Of a stretch of DNA of 64,000 nucleotides, positions 55,345-64,000 are shown piece by piece. The stretch comes from a candidate division WWE3 bacterium UBA1379. GTDB taxonomy: Bacteria > Patescibacteriota > WWE3 > UBA101185 > UBA10185. A program made the translations under genes and the position numbers. Each line of letters starts with the position of its first letter. The stretch's first letter is position 1. The DNA lies in contig DBRB01000016.1 of assembly GCA_002305475.1 (NCBI GenBank), positions 14,002-78,001 of the forward strand, in the 5' to 3' direction. The notes beneath the pieces are model-generated. The model saw only the letters and a list, made by a program, of their open reading frames with translations. It was not told where the DNA came from and ran no database searches.

Positions 55345-57751
55345 AGCACTGTATAACATTTTCTGGATCACAATCTATATCATAATCCTGATTCTATTCG
55401 TTTTTATTTCAGTCAACAGGATAATTGCCTGGTATAGGAACCGCAACGAAATAAAGGAGCGGCATAAACTTACTTTTCTGCATATTAAAGTTCCTGCTGA
55501 CAATGAAATCGAAATCAAAGCTGCGGAATCCATGTTTTCAAACCTTACTGGTTTCAGGAGAAATTTCTTCCAATCTCTTTTTAAGGGACAGTACAGGATT
55601 TCACTGGAAATTGTATCAAAGGTAAGCGGTATAGGTTTTTATGTGGTGGTGCCGGATGAGCTTGTTTCTCTGGTGGAAAAACAGATAAACGGTGCCTACC
55701 CTACGGCAGAAATTGATATCGTTAACCCGAGTGAAATATGGGACCGGGGAGAATATACGGCGGTAGCAGAACTTAAATTAGGAGGTCCTCCTTATTTTCC
55801 CATCAAAACTTATGAAGAAGAAAAATCCAAAACCGATCCTTTAAGCATGATTACTGTCGCAATGAGTAAAGTGAAAGAAGATGAAGTACTTGCCGTTCAA
55901 TACATCATCAGTCCGGCTACTGACTTCTGGAGAAAAGCGGGAGAGGCCTTTGTAGGAAGTATTCAAAGAAAAGCTGCAAATCCAGAAAAGAAAGTAAATA
56001 TTGATAATGAGTTTATCAGCAATATCGAAAAGAAAATTACTAAGCCCGGTTTTAACACTAGTATTAGAATTGTCTCCATCAGTAAAGATAAAATGACGGC
56101 AGAAACTCATCTTAGAAATGTCACAGCGTCATTCGAACAATTCACTAATATTAAATACAACAGGTTTAAAAAACACAGGGTATTGTCCAGAAGAAAGTTG
56201 GTTGATAACTTTATTTACCGAAAAATTAATGTTGTAGAATGGTTTATTCCTTTTTTGGATATCATAATTTTCAGAAATATTTCAGTGTTAAATATTGAAG
56301 AACTTTCCGCTGTATTTCATTTTCCCAATAAAAATGTGCAGACACCAAACATTATCTGGCTAAGTGCCAGAAGATCCACTGCACCGGTAAACCTTCCTTC
56401 AGAAGGGTTGTATTTAGGAAAGAGTGTGTTTCGTGGCGTAGAAAAGAAAGTCTATATTATGGAGGACGATAGAAGAAGACATTTCTATATTATCGGACAA
56501 ACCGGTACCGGTAAGTCTCAGTTATTAATGTCTTTAGCTCTTCAGGATATCAAAGCAGGAAGAGGGGTGGCTATTATCGATCCTCACGGAAGCGATATTG
56601 ATGAACTTTTGGAAAAAATTCCCGAGGAAAGGATGGATGATGTTATCCTCTGGGATGTTGCCGATACCCAAAGACCTCTTGGAATAAACCTTCTGGAAGC
56701 AGGCTCGGAAGAAGAAAAGCACATGCTGATAAATGCTTTTATTGCTCTTTTGTATAAACTCTATGATCCTAATAAACAGGGAATTATGGGTCCTCAGTTG
56801 GAACGAGCTATCAGAAACGTTATGCTCACCGCCATGGAAGATCCTCAAAGCACTATGGTAGATGTTTTAAGACTTCTGATAGATGATAGATATGTTCAAA
56901 GATTTATCCCGTTAATTAAAGATCCTCTGGTGAAAAAATTCTGGACGGATGAACAGGCAAAGACCACGGCAAACAGAAAGGGAGAAATGATGGGATATTT
57001 TGTTTCCAAGTTTGACCGTCTAGTTACGGAACGTATTATGAGAAATATCATTGGACAGCCTAAATCCTCATTTAACTTCCATCAGATTATGGCGGAAAAG
57101 AAAATTCTTTTGGTAGATTTATCAAAAGGAAAAATCGGCGAGGAGAATTCAAATTTTATAGGGCTTCTGATCGTCCCCAGAATACTTTCTGCCGCATTAG
57201 CAAGAGCATCTAAACTCGGTAAGGAAGATTTCCCGGATTTCTACCTTTATGTTGATGAATTTCAAAACTTTGCCACACCTGACTTTGCCACCATCCTATC
57301 AGAAGCACGTAAATACAAGCTTAACCTGACAGTCGCTCATCAGTTTATTGCTCAGCTGACGGATGATATCAAAGAAGCAGTATTCGGTAATGTGGGCACA
57401 ATGACCGCCTTTCGTGTAGGTCCTGATGATGCTGAGTTTCTGGAATCCCAGTTTGAACCGGTATTTACTAAAAACGATCTGGCAAAACTGGCGGTGGGAA
57501 CCTGCTATACAAAACTGCTGGTCAAAGGCCACCCTACTGTACCGTTCTCTATGTCAGTAGATTGGGATATGATTACCCAAACCAAGAAAGATCCAACAAG
57601 AGCAGAAAGAATAAGAGAAGCATCCAGAATGAAATACGGGACTCCGGTTGAGAAAGTAGAAGCATTTATCAATGAAAGAACAACCACAGCCGAACCCGAA
57701 ACCCCGCCGATCAGTCAGGGAGGATTTGACAGATCAAAACTTCCATTTTAA
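55331..57751 (+). CDS. Membrane-anchored VirB4/VirD4/HerA-superfamily ATPase
   Basis: RRHFYIIGQTGTGKS (Walker A), IDPHG, LYVDEFQNF (Walker B), SEARKY..AHQ; N-terminal TM. Confidence 0.88.
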   Translation: MNPIEALYNIFWITIYIIILILFVFISVNRIIAWYRNRNEIKERHKLTFLHIKVPADNEIEIKAAESMFSNLTGFRRNFFQSLFKGQYRISLEIVSKVSGIGFYVVVPDELVSLVEKQINGAYPTAEIDIVNPSEIWDRGEYTAVAELKLGGPPYFPIKTYEEEKSKTDPLSMITVAMSKVKEDEVLAVQYIISPATDFWRKAGEAFVGSIQRKAANPEKKVNIDNEFISNIEKKITKPGFNTSIRIVSISKDKMTAETHLRNVTASFEQFTNIKYNRFKKHRVLSRRKLVDNFIYRKINVVEWFIPFLDIIIFRNISVLNIEELSAVFHFPNKNVQTPNIIWLSARRSTAPVNLPSEGLYLGKSVFRGVEKKVYIMEDDRRRHFYIIGQTGTGKSQLLMSLALQDIKAGRGVAIIDPHGSDIDELLEKIPEERMDDVILWDVADTQRPLGINLLEAGSEEEKHMLINAFIALLYKLYDPNKQGIMGPQLERAIRNVMLTAMEDPQSTMVDVLRLLIDDRYVQRFIPLIKDPLVKKFWTDEQAKTTANRKGEMMGYFVSKFDRLVTERIMRNIIGQPKSSFNFHQIMAEKKILLVDLSKGKIGEENSNFIGLLIVPRILSAALARASKLGKEDFPDFYLYVDEFQNFATPDFATILSEARKYKLNLTVAHQFIAQLTDDIKEAVFGNVGTMTAFRVGPDDAEFLESQFEPVFTKNDLAKLAVGTCYTKLLVKGHPTVPFSMSVDWDMITQTKKDPTRAERIREASRMKYGTPVEKVEAFINERTTTAEPETPPISQGGFDRSKLPF

Positions 57752-57813
57752 TTTCCTCTGAAAAATATCTACAAGGTGCAGATCCCTGATAAAATTTGTA
57801 TAATCACATTAAG

Positions 57814-59019
57814 ATGAATCTGCCTTTTTTAAAAAGTACTACAATACCCGCCAACCATTTTCTCTCTGTGGATATTAATTCCGAAAATGTTAAATGTCTG
57901 GCCTTTTATGTGGATGAACAGAATACCGCAAAAATTGTCGGGGTAGGAACATCAAATCTGGAGCCGGGTGCAGTCAGAGCAGGAAATATTATTGACTTTG
58001 ATCAGACCTTAAATGCCCTGGATATTGCACTAGGAGCAACATTGGAAAATGTGGAAGGCAGAGTCAGCGATGTTATTTTCGGAGTCAACGGCGAACTGTC
58101 TTTGGGGTTGATGACCACCGCACGAGCAGTAAGGAATAACAGTGGTCAGATAAACGACTCGGAAATCACGGGTATTGAACAGACTATTATGAACAACGCT
58201 TTTGTTATAGCACGAAATGAAATTCTTCTCACGACAGGAAATTCCGATATTGATATTGAACCGGTCACCACTTCAACCGTATATACAAAAGTAAATAACC
58301 GTCTAACGGAAAACCCACTTCAATCAACAGGAGATACTCTGGAAATTGCATTGTTTACTGCTTTTACTCCGGTATATCATGTGAAAAATCTTCAGAAATT
58401 GGCAAAAAAACTGAAACTGAACATCATTGCCATCGGATCTGAAATGTTTGCTTTGGTTAATGCCTTAAAAAACGATCCCGATTATATCGTCATTAATATT
58501 GACAGCGATTTTACTAATGTTGCAATAATTTTCGGAAACGGAATAACCGCAACTAAAACTCTTCATATTGGAGCAAACCACTTCACGAAAGAAATCAGCC
58601 AGAAAATGGGGCTGACCATGAAAGAAGCCCAGAAGTTTAAAAATAGTTATGTTTACGGAAAACTCTCACAAAGTGAGAGTCAGGTGGTCCAGAACTGTAT
58701 TTCGGATACCCTTAACACATGGTTGGATGGGATTGAACTGTTATTTGGAGAATTCTCAGGAGTAAAAACCTTTGCTTCTAAGATCTATCTGGTAGGAGAA
58801 GGTTCAAAACTACCTGACCTGTTTGAATTTATTAGCAGGGAACCCTGGACAAAAACTATACCGTTTAAAGTCCCTCCCGAATTTTATAAAATATCGTTTG
58901 AAAATTTGAAAAACCTTGCCGATTCAACGGGAAATGCGGACACACCTGATTATTTAATGACCGCCACTTTATCTGCTGTATACTTACTTGCCTGCAGGGA
59001 TATGGGAGGAGCATCGTAA
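57814..59019 (+). CDS. FtsA-like actin-family ATPase
   Basis: SVDINS..VK, GVG..GAVRAGNIIDF, INIDSDFT, GANHFTKEI..EAQKFK, LVGEGSKL. Confidence 0.8.
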   Translation: MNLPFLKSTTIPANHFLSVDINSENVKCLAFYVDEQNTAKIVGVGTSNLEPGAVRAGNIIDFDQTLNALDIALGATLENVEGRVSDVIFGVNGELSLGLMTTARAVRNNSGQINDSEITGIEQTIMNNAFVIARNEILLTTGNSDIDIEPVTTSTVYTKVNNRLTENPLQSTGDTLEIALFTAFTPVYHVKNLQKLAKKLKLNIIAIGSEMFALVNALKNDPDYIVINIDSDFTNVAIIFGNGITATKTLHIGANHFTKEISQKMGLTMKEAQKFKNSYVYGKLSQSESQVVQNCISDTLNTWLDGIELLFGEFSGVKTFASKIYLVGEGSKLPDLFEFISREPWTKTIPFKVPPEFYKISFENLKNLADSTGNADTPDYLMTATLSAVYLLACRDMGGAS

Positions 59020-59020
59020 T

Positions 59021-60538
59021 ATGACAATAATCGAACTGGAAATACATGATGATGTAATTTCCACCTTAAATAAAATAAAGAATATCAATGATTCGGGAAT
59101 AGAACTGCATATACCAGAAGGCTCAGTATTATTTGAAAACATTTTAAATCTCAAACTGATTGAAAAAGAAATAGAAAGCGTTGGCAAAGCTGTACAGTTC
59201 AGGACCAGAGACGAGTACGGGTTAAACCTCCTGGCTGTTATTAACGGAGAAAGTATTACCCAGGCTCCCGAGGAAGTTATTACGGATCTTTCTGTAACCC
59301 AATCAGTTGCTCCTAAAAGGGAAATAAAAATCCCTGCCATTTCGCTTCCGAAAATTAATATTGGAAAATTAAATCTTCCAAAAACCGGTTTTATTATTCC
59401 TGTGGTTGTGTTGGGAGTCCTTCTGTATGGGGGATATTCCTATGCAACAAATGCTCCAAAAGCTGAGATAAAAGTGATAGTAAATACACAACCCTTAACA
59501 AAAAGCGTGACCATGAAGATAAAACGGGATGGAACATCGGACGCCTTAGCTAAAGTTGTCAGAGGAATTCCGATCGAAGCAGAAAACACAATCACAAAAA
59601 GCATAGATACTACAGGAGAAAAATTGATCGGGGAAAAAGCTGAAGGAACTGTCAAATTCTACAATAAAACGGATAGCGATATTGAACTGAAAAAAGGTAC
59701 CATATTAACGTATGAGGATCTGGAATTTGTTCTTGATAAGACAATTACAATTCCTGCCAGAGTTGATGATCTGGTGGATCCGACAAAAATAACTTTGGGT
59801 GAAGAAGAGGGAACCGTTACAGCAAAAGATATTGGGGATGACTACAATATCGGAGATGGGAAGAGCTTAAAAGTTGATGACTATAAAAACACGGATCTGG
59901 TTGCAACATCCGAAGGAAAATTTTCCGGAGGAACCAGTGAAAAGGTTAAAGTGGTAGCGGATAAGGATTTAACAGACCTTTCAACAGCGGCGCTGGAAGA
60001 AGGAAAGTCACAGGTACAGGCAGTCTTAACTCAGAAACTGGGTTTGACCCAAAAAATAGTTACGGGATCCGCTACAGTTTCGATAGTAAAAGATACATTC
60101 TCAGCAAAAGCAGGGGATGAAGCCGATAAAGTAGAAACCACCCAAGTGACAAAAATAACTGCTCTGGCTTATTCTACGGATGAACTGAATCAGATTACCT
60201 CGGAAATTCTTAAAGATCTTGTGCCGGAAGAGTATGTCCTTACCGATAAAGAACCGGAAACAAATGTGGAGATTCTTGGCAATTCCGACAGCACCATATT
60301 AAGCTCGGAAGAAGCGGACATTCAAGTTACGGTAAAAACATTTGTGATCACTGATATTAAAGAGGATGAACTCAAAGACAAACTGAAAGGAAAAAATCTG
60401 GATGAAGCTCAGAAGATACTCGGTGAAATCAGAAACGTCAGTACATATGAGCTGAAGATTGATCCCAATATCCCATTAGTCAGCAAAGTACCGGCAAAGA
60501 CAGAAAATATAGTTATCGAAATAGAAACGGAAAACTAA
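59021..60538 (+). CDS. Single-pass membrane protein with baseplate J/gp47-like outer domain
   Basis: Cytoplasmic N-domain, TM, then KAEGTVKFYN..GT.L..F..VTA..IGDDYNI..FSGG; SD GGAGG before ATG 59021. Confidence 0.7.
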   Translation: MTIIELEIHDDVISTLNKIKNINDSGIELHIPEGSVLFENILNLKLIEKEIESVGKAVQFRTRDEYGLNLLAVINGESITQAPEEVITDLSVTQSVAPKREIKIPAISLPKINIGKLNLPKTGFIIPVVVLGVLLYGGYSYATNAPKAEIKVIVNTQPLTKSVTMKIKRDGTSDALAKVVRGIPIEAENTITKSIDTTGEKLIGEKAEGTVKFYNKTDSDIELKKGTILTYEDLEFVLDKTITIPARVDDLVDPTKITLGEEEGTVTAKDIGDDYNIGDGKSLKVDDYKNTDLVATSEGKFSGGTSEKVKVVADKDLTDLSTAALEEGKSQVQAVLTQKLGLTQKIVTGSATVSIVKDTFSAKAGDEADKVETTQVTKITALAYSTDELNQITSEILKDLVPEEYVLTDKEPETNVEILGNSDSTILSSEEADIQVTVKTFVITDIKEDELKDKLKGKNLDEAQKILGEIRNVSTYELKIDPNIPLVSKVPAKTENIVIEIETEN

Positions 60539-61032
60539 TGATAGGAAAATCAAAAAGAGGTAGTCACCCGATAATTTATAAAAGGCACGGAGCAATAAAC
60601 CCAGAAAAATTCCAGGATGAAGTAATTCTGGCGGTTGACTACGGGTACAGCAAAATAGGTCTAGCTTTCGGTAGAAACGGTTTTGTTTCACCGGTTAGGG
60701 CAATACCTGCAAAAAACACTACAGGAGCAATTCATGAAATTGCCAAAACTGCATTAAACCACAGGGCTACAAAAATAGTCATCGGACTGCCTTTGGATCA
60801 TGAGGGAAAAGAAACCCTGCAGTCCAAAAGAGTAAGAAAATTTGCCAAGCTGTTGAAACTGCGAATAAAAAAACCTCTTGATTTCTTTGATGAATACGGA
60901 TCTACAGATGAATCCATCAAACAAACCATCGAACAGGGAATTGCGAAAAAGAAGAGAAGAGTTGTAGATCATTTCAGTGCCGCGCAGATTTTACGAAGAT
61001 ACTATGAGGAACACCACCCGGATCATCAATAA
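60538..61032 (+). CDS. ruvX: YqgF/RuvX family nuclease
   Basis: LAVDYG..IGLA, IVIGLP, DEYGST, D..SAAQIL. Confidence 0.9.
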   Translation: MIGKSKRGSHPIIYKRHGAINPEKFQDEVILAVDYGYSKIGLAFGRNGFVSPVRAIPAKNTTGAIHEIAKTALNHRATKIVIGLPLDHEGKETLQSKRVRKFAKLLKLRIKKPLDFFDEYGSTDESIKQTIEQGIAKKKRRVVDHFSAAQILRRYYEEHHPDHQ

Positions 61033-61041
61033 CATCTGCCG

Positions 61042-61788
61042 TTAATTTACAGAAAATCTTACGATGCAGTTATTTTCCGGATAGGAGAATACCTGTTCAG
61101 GACTGGTATTATTTCCGATAGAGAAGTGTACATTCGCCTGAAAATGTTTTACAGGATTACCTGTTGTACCATCAACAATATTCTGGAAATCATCTCTGTT
61201 TATTGCTAGTTTGTTTGACATACTTCCGTTCATACCACCCATCATAAAAAGCTGATTTCCGTCAGATCTCATCACAGGTTTTGCAGCCTTCGTTTGCGGA
61301 TCTAAATCATCCAGATTAAAGAAGAAAACATAATAGTTATCAACATGTTGTTTGGCTCTCAATTCAAGTGTCTGTGATGGGTTTTCCCGGGTCAGAACCA
61401 GCTCTTTAAATGTGGGTCCACCTCCTGAAAAATATGCGGTGGAGCACAAACTGGCGCGCGGTGCCGCCTGCGGCTCAAATGTTGTATCAGATGCTTTTCT
61501 GGAAATCAACAAAAACCCACCGAAGGATAATGCTATAACGGTAAAAACCAGCATGATAAAAATGGGACTAATCAGACCTGACTGTACTTTTTTGGATGCG
61601 GCCATTTTCACTTCCATAGAGTCACAGTTTAAACACTGAAAGTTCTCGCCTGGTTCAAGACAGGACGGACAAAGATAAATATCATCCTTAAGGATTAAAT
61701 CCTCCTGCTTGCAGCGATTGCAAAGAAATAAAACACTTTCCTGAGGGATTTCCCCACAGTTTGGACAGATAAATTTTGTGTGTTCCAT
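61042..61788 (-). CDS. Zinc-ribbon (4x CxxC) plus TM plus extracytoplasmic domain protein
   Basis: CPNC, CNRC, CPSC, CLNC in the first 55 aa; TM at about aa 72-94. Confidence 0.65.
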   Translation of the reverse strand: MEHTKFICPNCGEIPQESVLFLCNRCKQEDLILKDDIYLCPSCLEPGENFQCLNCDSMEVKMAASKKVQSGLISPIFIMLVFTVIALSFGGFLLISRKASDTTFEPQAAPRASLCSTAYFSGGGPTFKELVLTRENPSQTLELRAKQHVDNYYVFFFNLDDLDPQTKAAKPVMRSDGNQLFMMGGMNGSMSNKLAINRDDFQNIVDGTTGNPVKHFQANVHFSIGNNTSPEQVFSYPENNCIVRFSVN

Positions 61789-61916
61789 ATACTAAATGGT
61801 AACATAAACAAGACATTACTGTAAAAAAACCTAATGTTAATATTAATGGCTCACACCTTTGGTAGAATATAAATAGAAGTAGATAAATATATAATATAAA
61901 CGGAGAAACACTAACT

Positions 61917-62693
61917 ATGTATAAAAGATTTATCGAAAATAAAAAAGCAGTATTTTTTGATCTTGACGGTACGCTAATTGACTCCGAACCTCTATGGAGA
62001 AAAGCAATAGAAAACGTATTGGAAAAATACAATCTGTCCTGGGCGGATCAGGAACCGGTTCTGCCGGGAACCACCTTGGAAGAAAGATGGAAATACTTTA
62101 CTAAAGAATACAAAGATTATTTCGAAAAGAAGATGGAAATTCAGGAACTGATTAAACTCACCAACGAAGAGTTCCTTGAGATTCTCAATACGAATGATCT
62201 GGAATTTATCAGCGGCTTCTGGTCACTGGCGGCAAAACTGAAAGGAAAAGAATTAAAAATATGCCTTGTTACCAACTCTACTCGGGAAGTAACGGAAAAA
62301 GTTCTGGATAAGCTTCAGGCAAAAGAAGCTTTTGATCTGATTCTTTGCGGAGATGAAGTGAAAAACAAAAAACCTGATCCGGAAATATTCCTTACGGCAG
62401 CAAAACAAATGAATTTACAGCCGGAGGAGGTATTGGTATTTGAAGACTCCATTGCCGGAACTACCGCGGCATCTAATGCAAAAATGGATACTGTGGTAAT
62501 CTGGAACGGTATTACAAACAAACTTCTTTATCCGAAAGATATGCTTTTATATATTCCGGATTTTGAGGGTCTGGATCAACTACTGGAAACTTACCCGGAG
62601 GATCAAATACAAATGGCGGCAGACGCTGCTTTAAGAGAGAAAGAGCTTACACAGCAAGAAAACAATCAAAATGATTCAACAGACATTGCTTAA
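61917..62693 (+). CDS. HAD-family phosphatase (beta-PGM/CbbY-like)
   Basis: FDLDGTLIDSE, VTNS, KPDPEIF, FEDS..G. Confidence 0.92.
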   Translation: MYKRFIENKKAVFFDLDGTLIDSEPLWRKAIENVLEKYNLSWADQEPVLPGTTLEERWKYFTKEYKDYFEKKMEIQELIKLTNEEFLEILNTNDLEFISGFWSLAAKLKGKELKICLVTNSTREVTEKVLDKLQAKEAFDLILCGDEVKNKKPDPEIFLTAAKQMNLQPEEVLVFEDSIAGTTAASNAKMDTVVIWNGITNKLLYPKDMLLYIPDFEGLDQLLETYPEDQIQMAADAALREKELTQQENNQNDSTDIA

Positions 62694-62696
62694 CGA

Positions 62697-62726
62697 TGTG
62701 GATAACTCGTGTTAGATTTATTCACA
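62697..62726. promoter_or_regulatory. Two DnaA boxes upstream of dnaA
   Basis: TGTGGATAA at 62697-62705 (perfect, reverse orientation) and TTATTCACA at 62718-62726. Confidence 0.8.
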
Positions 62727-62761
62727 CTGCCTCATTGCCCCGTAACTATTAGGAGATATCT

Positions 62762-64000
62762 ATGAACAATCAGAGCGTCCAAGATACAAATGCAAAGAAT
62801 CTTTGGAAAAAAGTTCTGGGTGAACTTCAGGTTGAGGTATCTCCCCTCATTTTCAAAACCATTCTTTCCAGGGCATCCGCCAGGGATCTTACTGAAAACT
62901 CCATCGAAATTATCTGTCCCGATACACATACTAAACAAATGATGTCGGGAAAATATCTAACTCTCATACAGGACAGCATAAATAAAATAGGAAGGGGGGT
63001 GTTTGATATTAAATTCTCGGTAACAGAAGAAAAGAAAGCTGTAAAAGACCCAGGTCCTTTATTTGCAAACGACGTGGTTACCGGTGACGAGAAGAGCACT
63101 GCATCAGGGCACAGCTATGAAGATGAAGCCAGAAGATCAGGTCTGCTTACGAAATTTACTTTTGAAAACTATTTAATGGGAGCAAATAACCAGGTGGCTT
63201 TTGCTATTGCCAATGCAGTTGCGGAAAAACCTGGAACCGTATATAACCCGTATTTCATATATTCCGGAGTAGGTCTGGGAAAAACACACCTCATGCAGGC
63301 TATTGGAAATAAAATATTAAAAGTAAAACCGGGGATGAAAGTCATCTACTGCACGGGAGAATCATTTACCAATGAACTGATTGAAAATCTCCAGAAAGGT
63401 AAACGGAATAATAAATATACCTCAAATGAATTCAGGGATAAATACAGAAAAGCTGATGTTCTTCTGATAGATGATATCCAGTTTATTGCCGGAAAAGAAG
63501 CCACTCAGGTCGAATTCTTCCATACATTTGATGATCTACTCAGAGCACAGAAACAGATTGTTATCACCTCTGATCGTCCGCCGAAAGATTTCACAAATAT
63601 TGAAGATCGAATCAGATCAAGATTTGGCAGCGGTATTATTGCGGATATTCAACCGCCTGATCTGGAAATGAGAATTGCCATTTTAAGAAAGAGGCGAGAT
63701 GAAAACCAGGATGAAATTCCCAATGAAATCATCAATTTTATTGCGGAAAAAGTCTCTACAAATGTCAGGGAACTGGAGGGAGCCTATCTTCAGGTGTATG
63801 CGAAACTAAAAGCACAAGGCCTTGAACCCACCGTTTCTAATGCAGCGTCTATCTTGGGAGAAACAGTCAGGGACGATTATCAGAAGCCTGTAAACATCAA
63901 TCAGGTAATTAAAGCTGTATGCAGTTATTATTCGGTAAAGGCTTCCGATCTGAAAAGCAACCGCAGGACTAAAGACCTGGTTATTCCCCGTCAGATTGCT
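62762..64000 (+). CDS. dnaA: Chromosomal replication initiator DnaA (runs off the window edge)
   Basis: Not in the ORF track. SD AGGAG; FTFENY, YNPYFIYSGVGLGKTHL, LIDDIQF, SDRPP, NVRELEGA. Confidence 0.97.
   Translation, partial: MNNQSVQDTNAKNLWKKVLGELQVEVSPLIFKTILSRASARDLTENSIEIICPDTHTKQMMSGKYLTLIQDSINKIGRGVFDIKFSVTEEKKAVKDPGPLFANDVVTGDEKSTASGHSYEDEARRSGLLTKFTFENYLMGANNQVAFAIANAVAEKPGTVYNPYFIYSGVGLGKTHLMQAIGNKILKVKPGMKVIYCTGESFTNELIENLQKGKRNNKYTSNEFRDKYRKADVLLIDDIQFIAGKEATQVEFFHTFDDLLRAQKQIVITSDRPPKDFTNIEDRIRSRFGSGIIADIQPPDLEMRIAILRKRRDENQDEIPNEIINFIAEKVSTNVRELEGAYLQVYAKLKAQGLEPTVSNAASILGETVRDDYQKPVNINQVIKAVCSYYSVKASDLKSNRRTKDLVIPRQIA

Noticed and set aside
59021-60538. Prophage or tailocin suggested by the baseplate-J-like gene
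   Set aside because: No sheath, tube, terminase, capsid or integrase genes; the protein has a TM anchor and sits among housekeeping genes
61789-61916. AT-rich spacer considered as the oriC unwinding element
   Set aside because: No DnaA boxes seen; explained by divergent promoters
1-64000. CRISPR array, IS elements, rRNA, or stop-codon reassignment
   Set aside because: No regularly spaced repeats, transposase or rRNA-like sequence seen; conserved genes are intact under code 11 and TGA is used as a stop

Overview
This 64-kb window is ordinary chromosome from a small-genome, single-membrane bacterium. It is most likely Candidate Phyla Radiation/Patescibacteria (WWE3/Microgenomates-like); this is inferred from shortened HrcA, AlaRS, PGK, TPI and HolA and from the sortase, LCP, FemABX, PEGA and baseplate-J-like genes. 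The standard genetic code fits. It carries a heat-shock regulon (hsp20, groESL, hrcA-grpE-dnaK) with CIRCE operators, tRNA-Cys, alaS, metG, many envelope and glycan genes, two UvrD-family helicases, lepA, rpsT, murJ and a lower-glycolysis operon, and it ends inside dnaA. I saw no CRISPR array, prophage or IS element. Five signals stand out. (1) A one-cluster ferredoxin and a half-size aldehyde:ferredoxin oxidoreductase (GOR/GAPOR-like) sit between pgk and tpiA. (2) An FtsA-like ATPase without ftsZ is coupled to a membrane-anchored baseplate-J-like protein and YqgF, behind a VirB4/VirD4-like ATPase. (3) A PilN-PilO-VPDTG protein operon converges on a sortase. (4) A structured leader RNA with two mutually exclusive folds lies upstream of a cyclophilin. 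(5) Many core genes appear leaderless, while orphan genes have strong SD sites and their own terminators; these include three small proteins missing from the ORF track. All calls come from reading motifs; no database searches were run.
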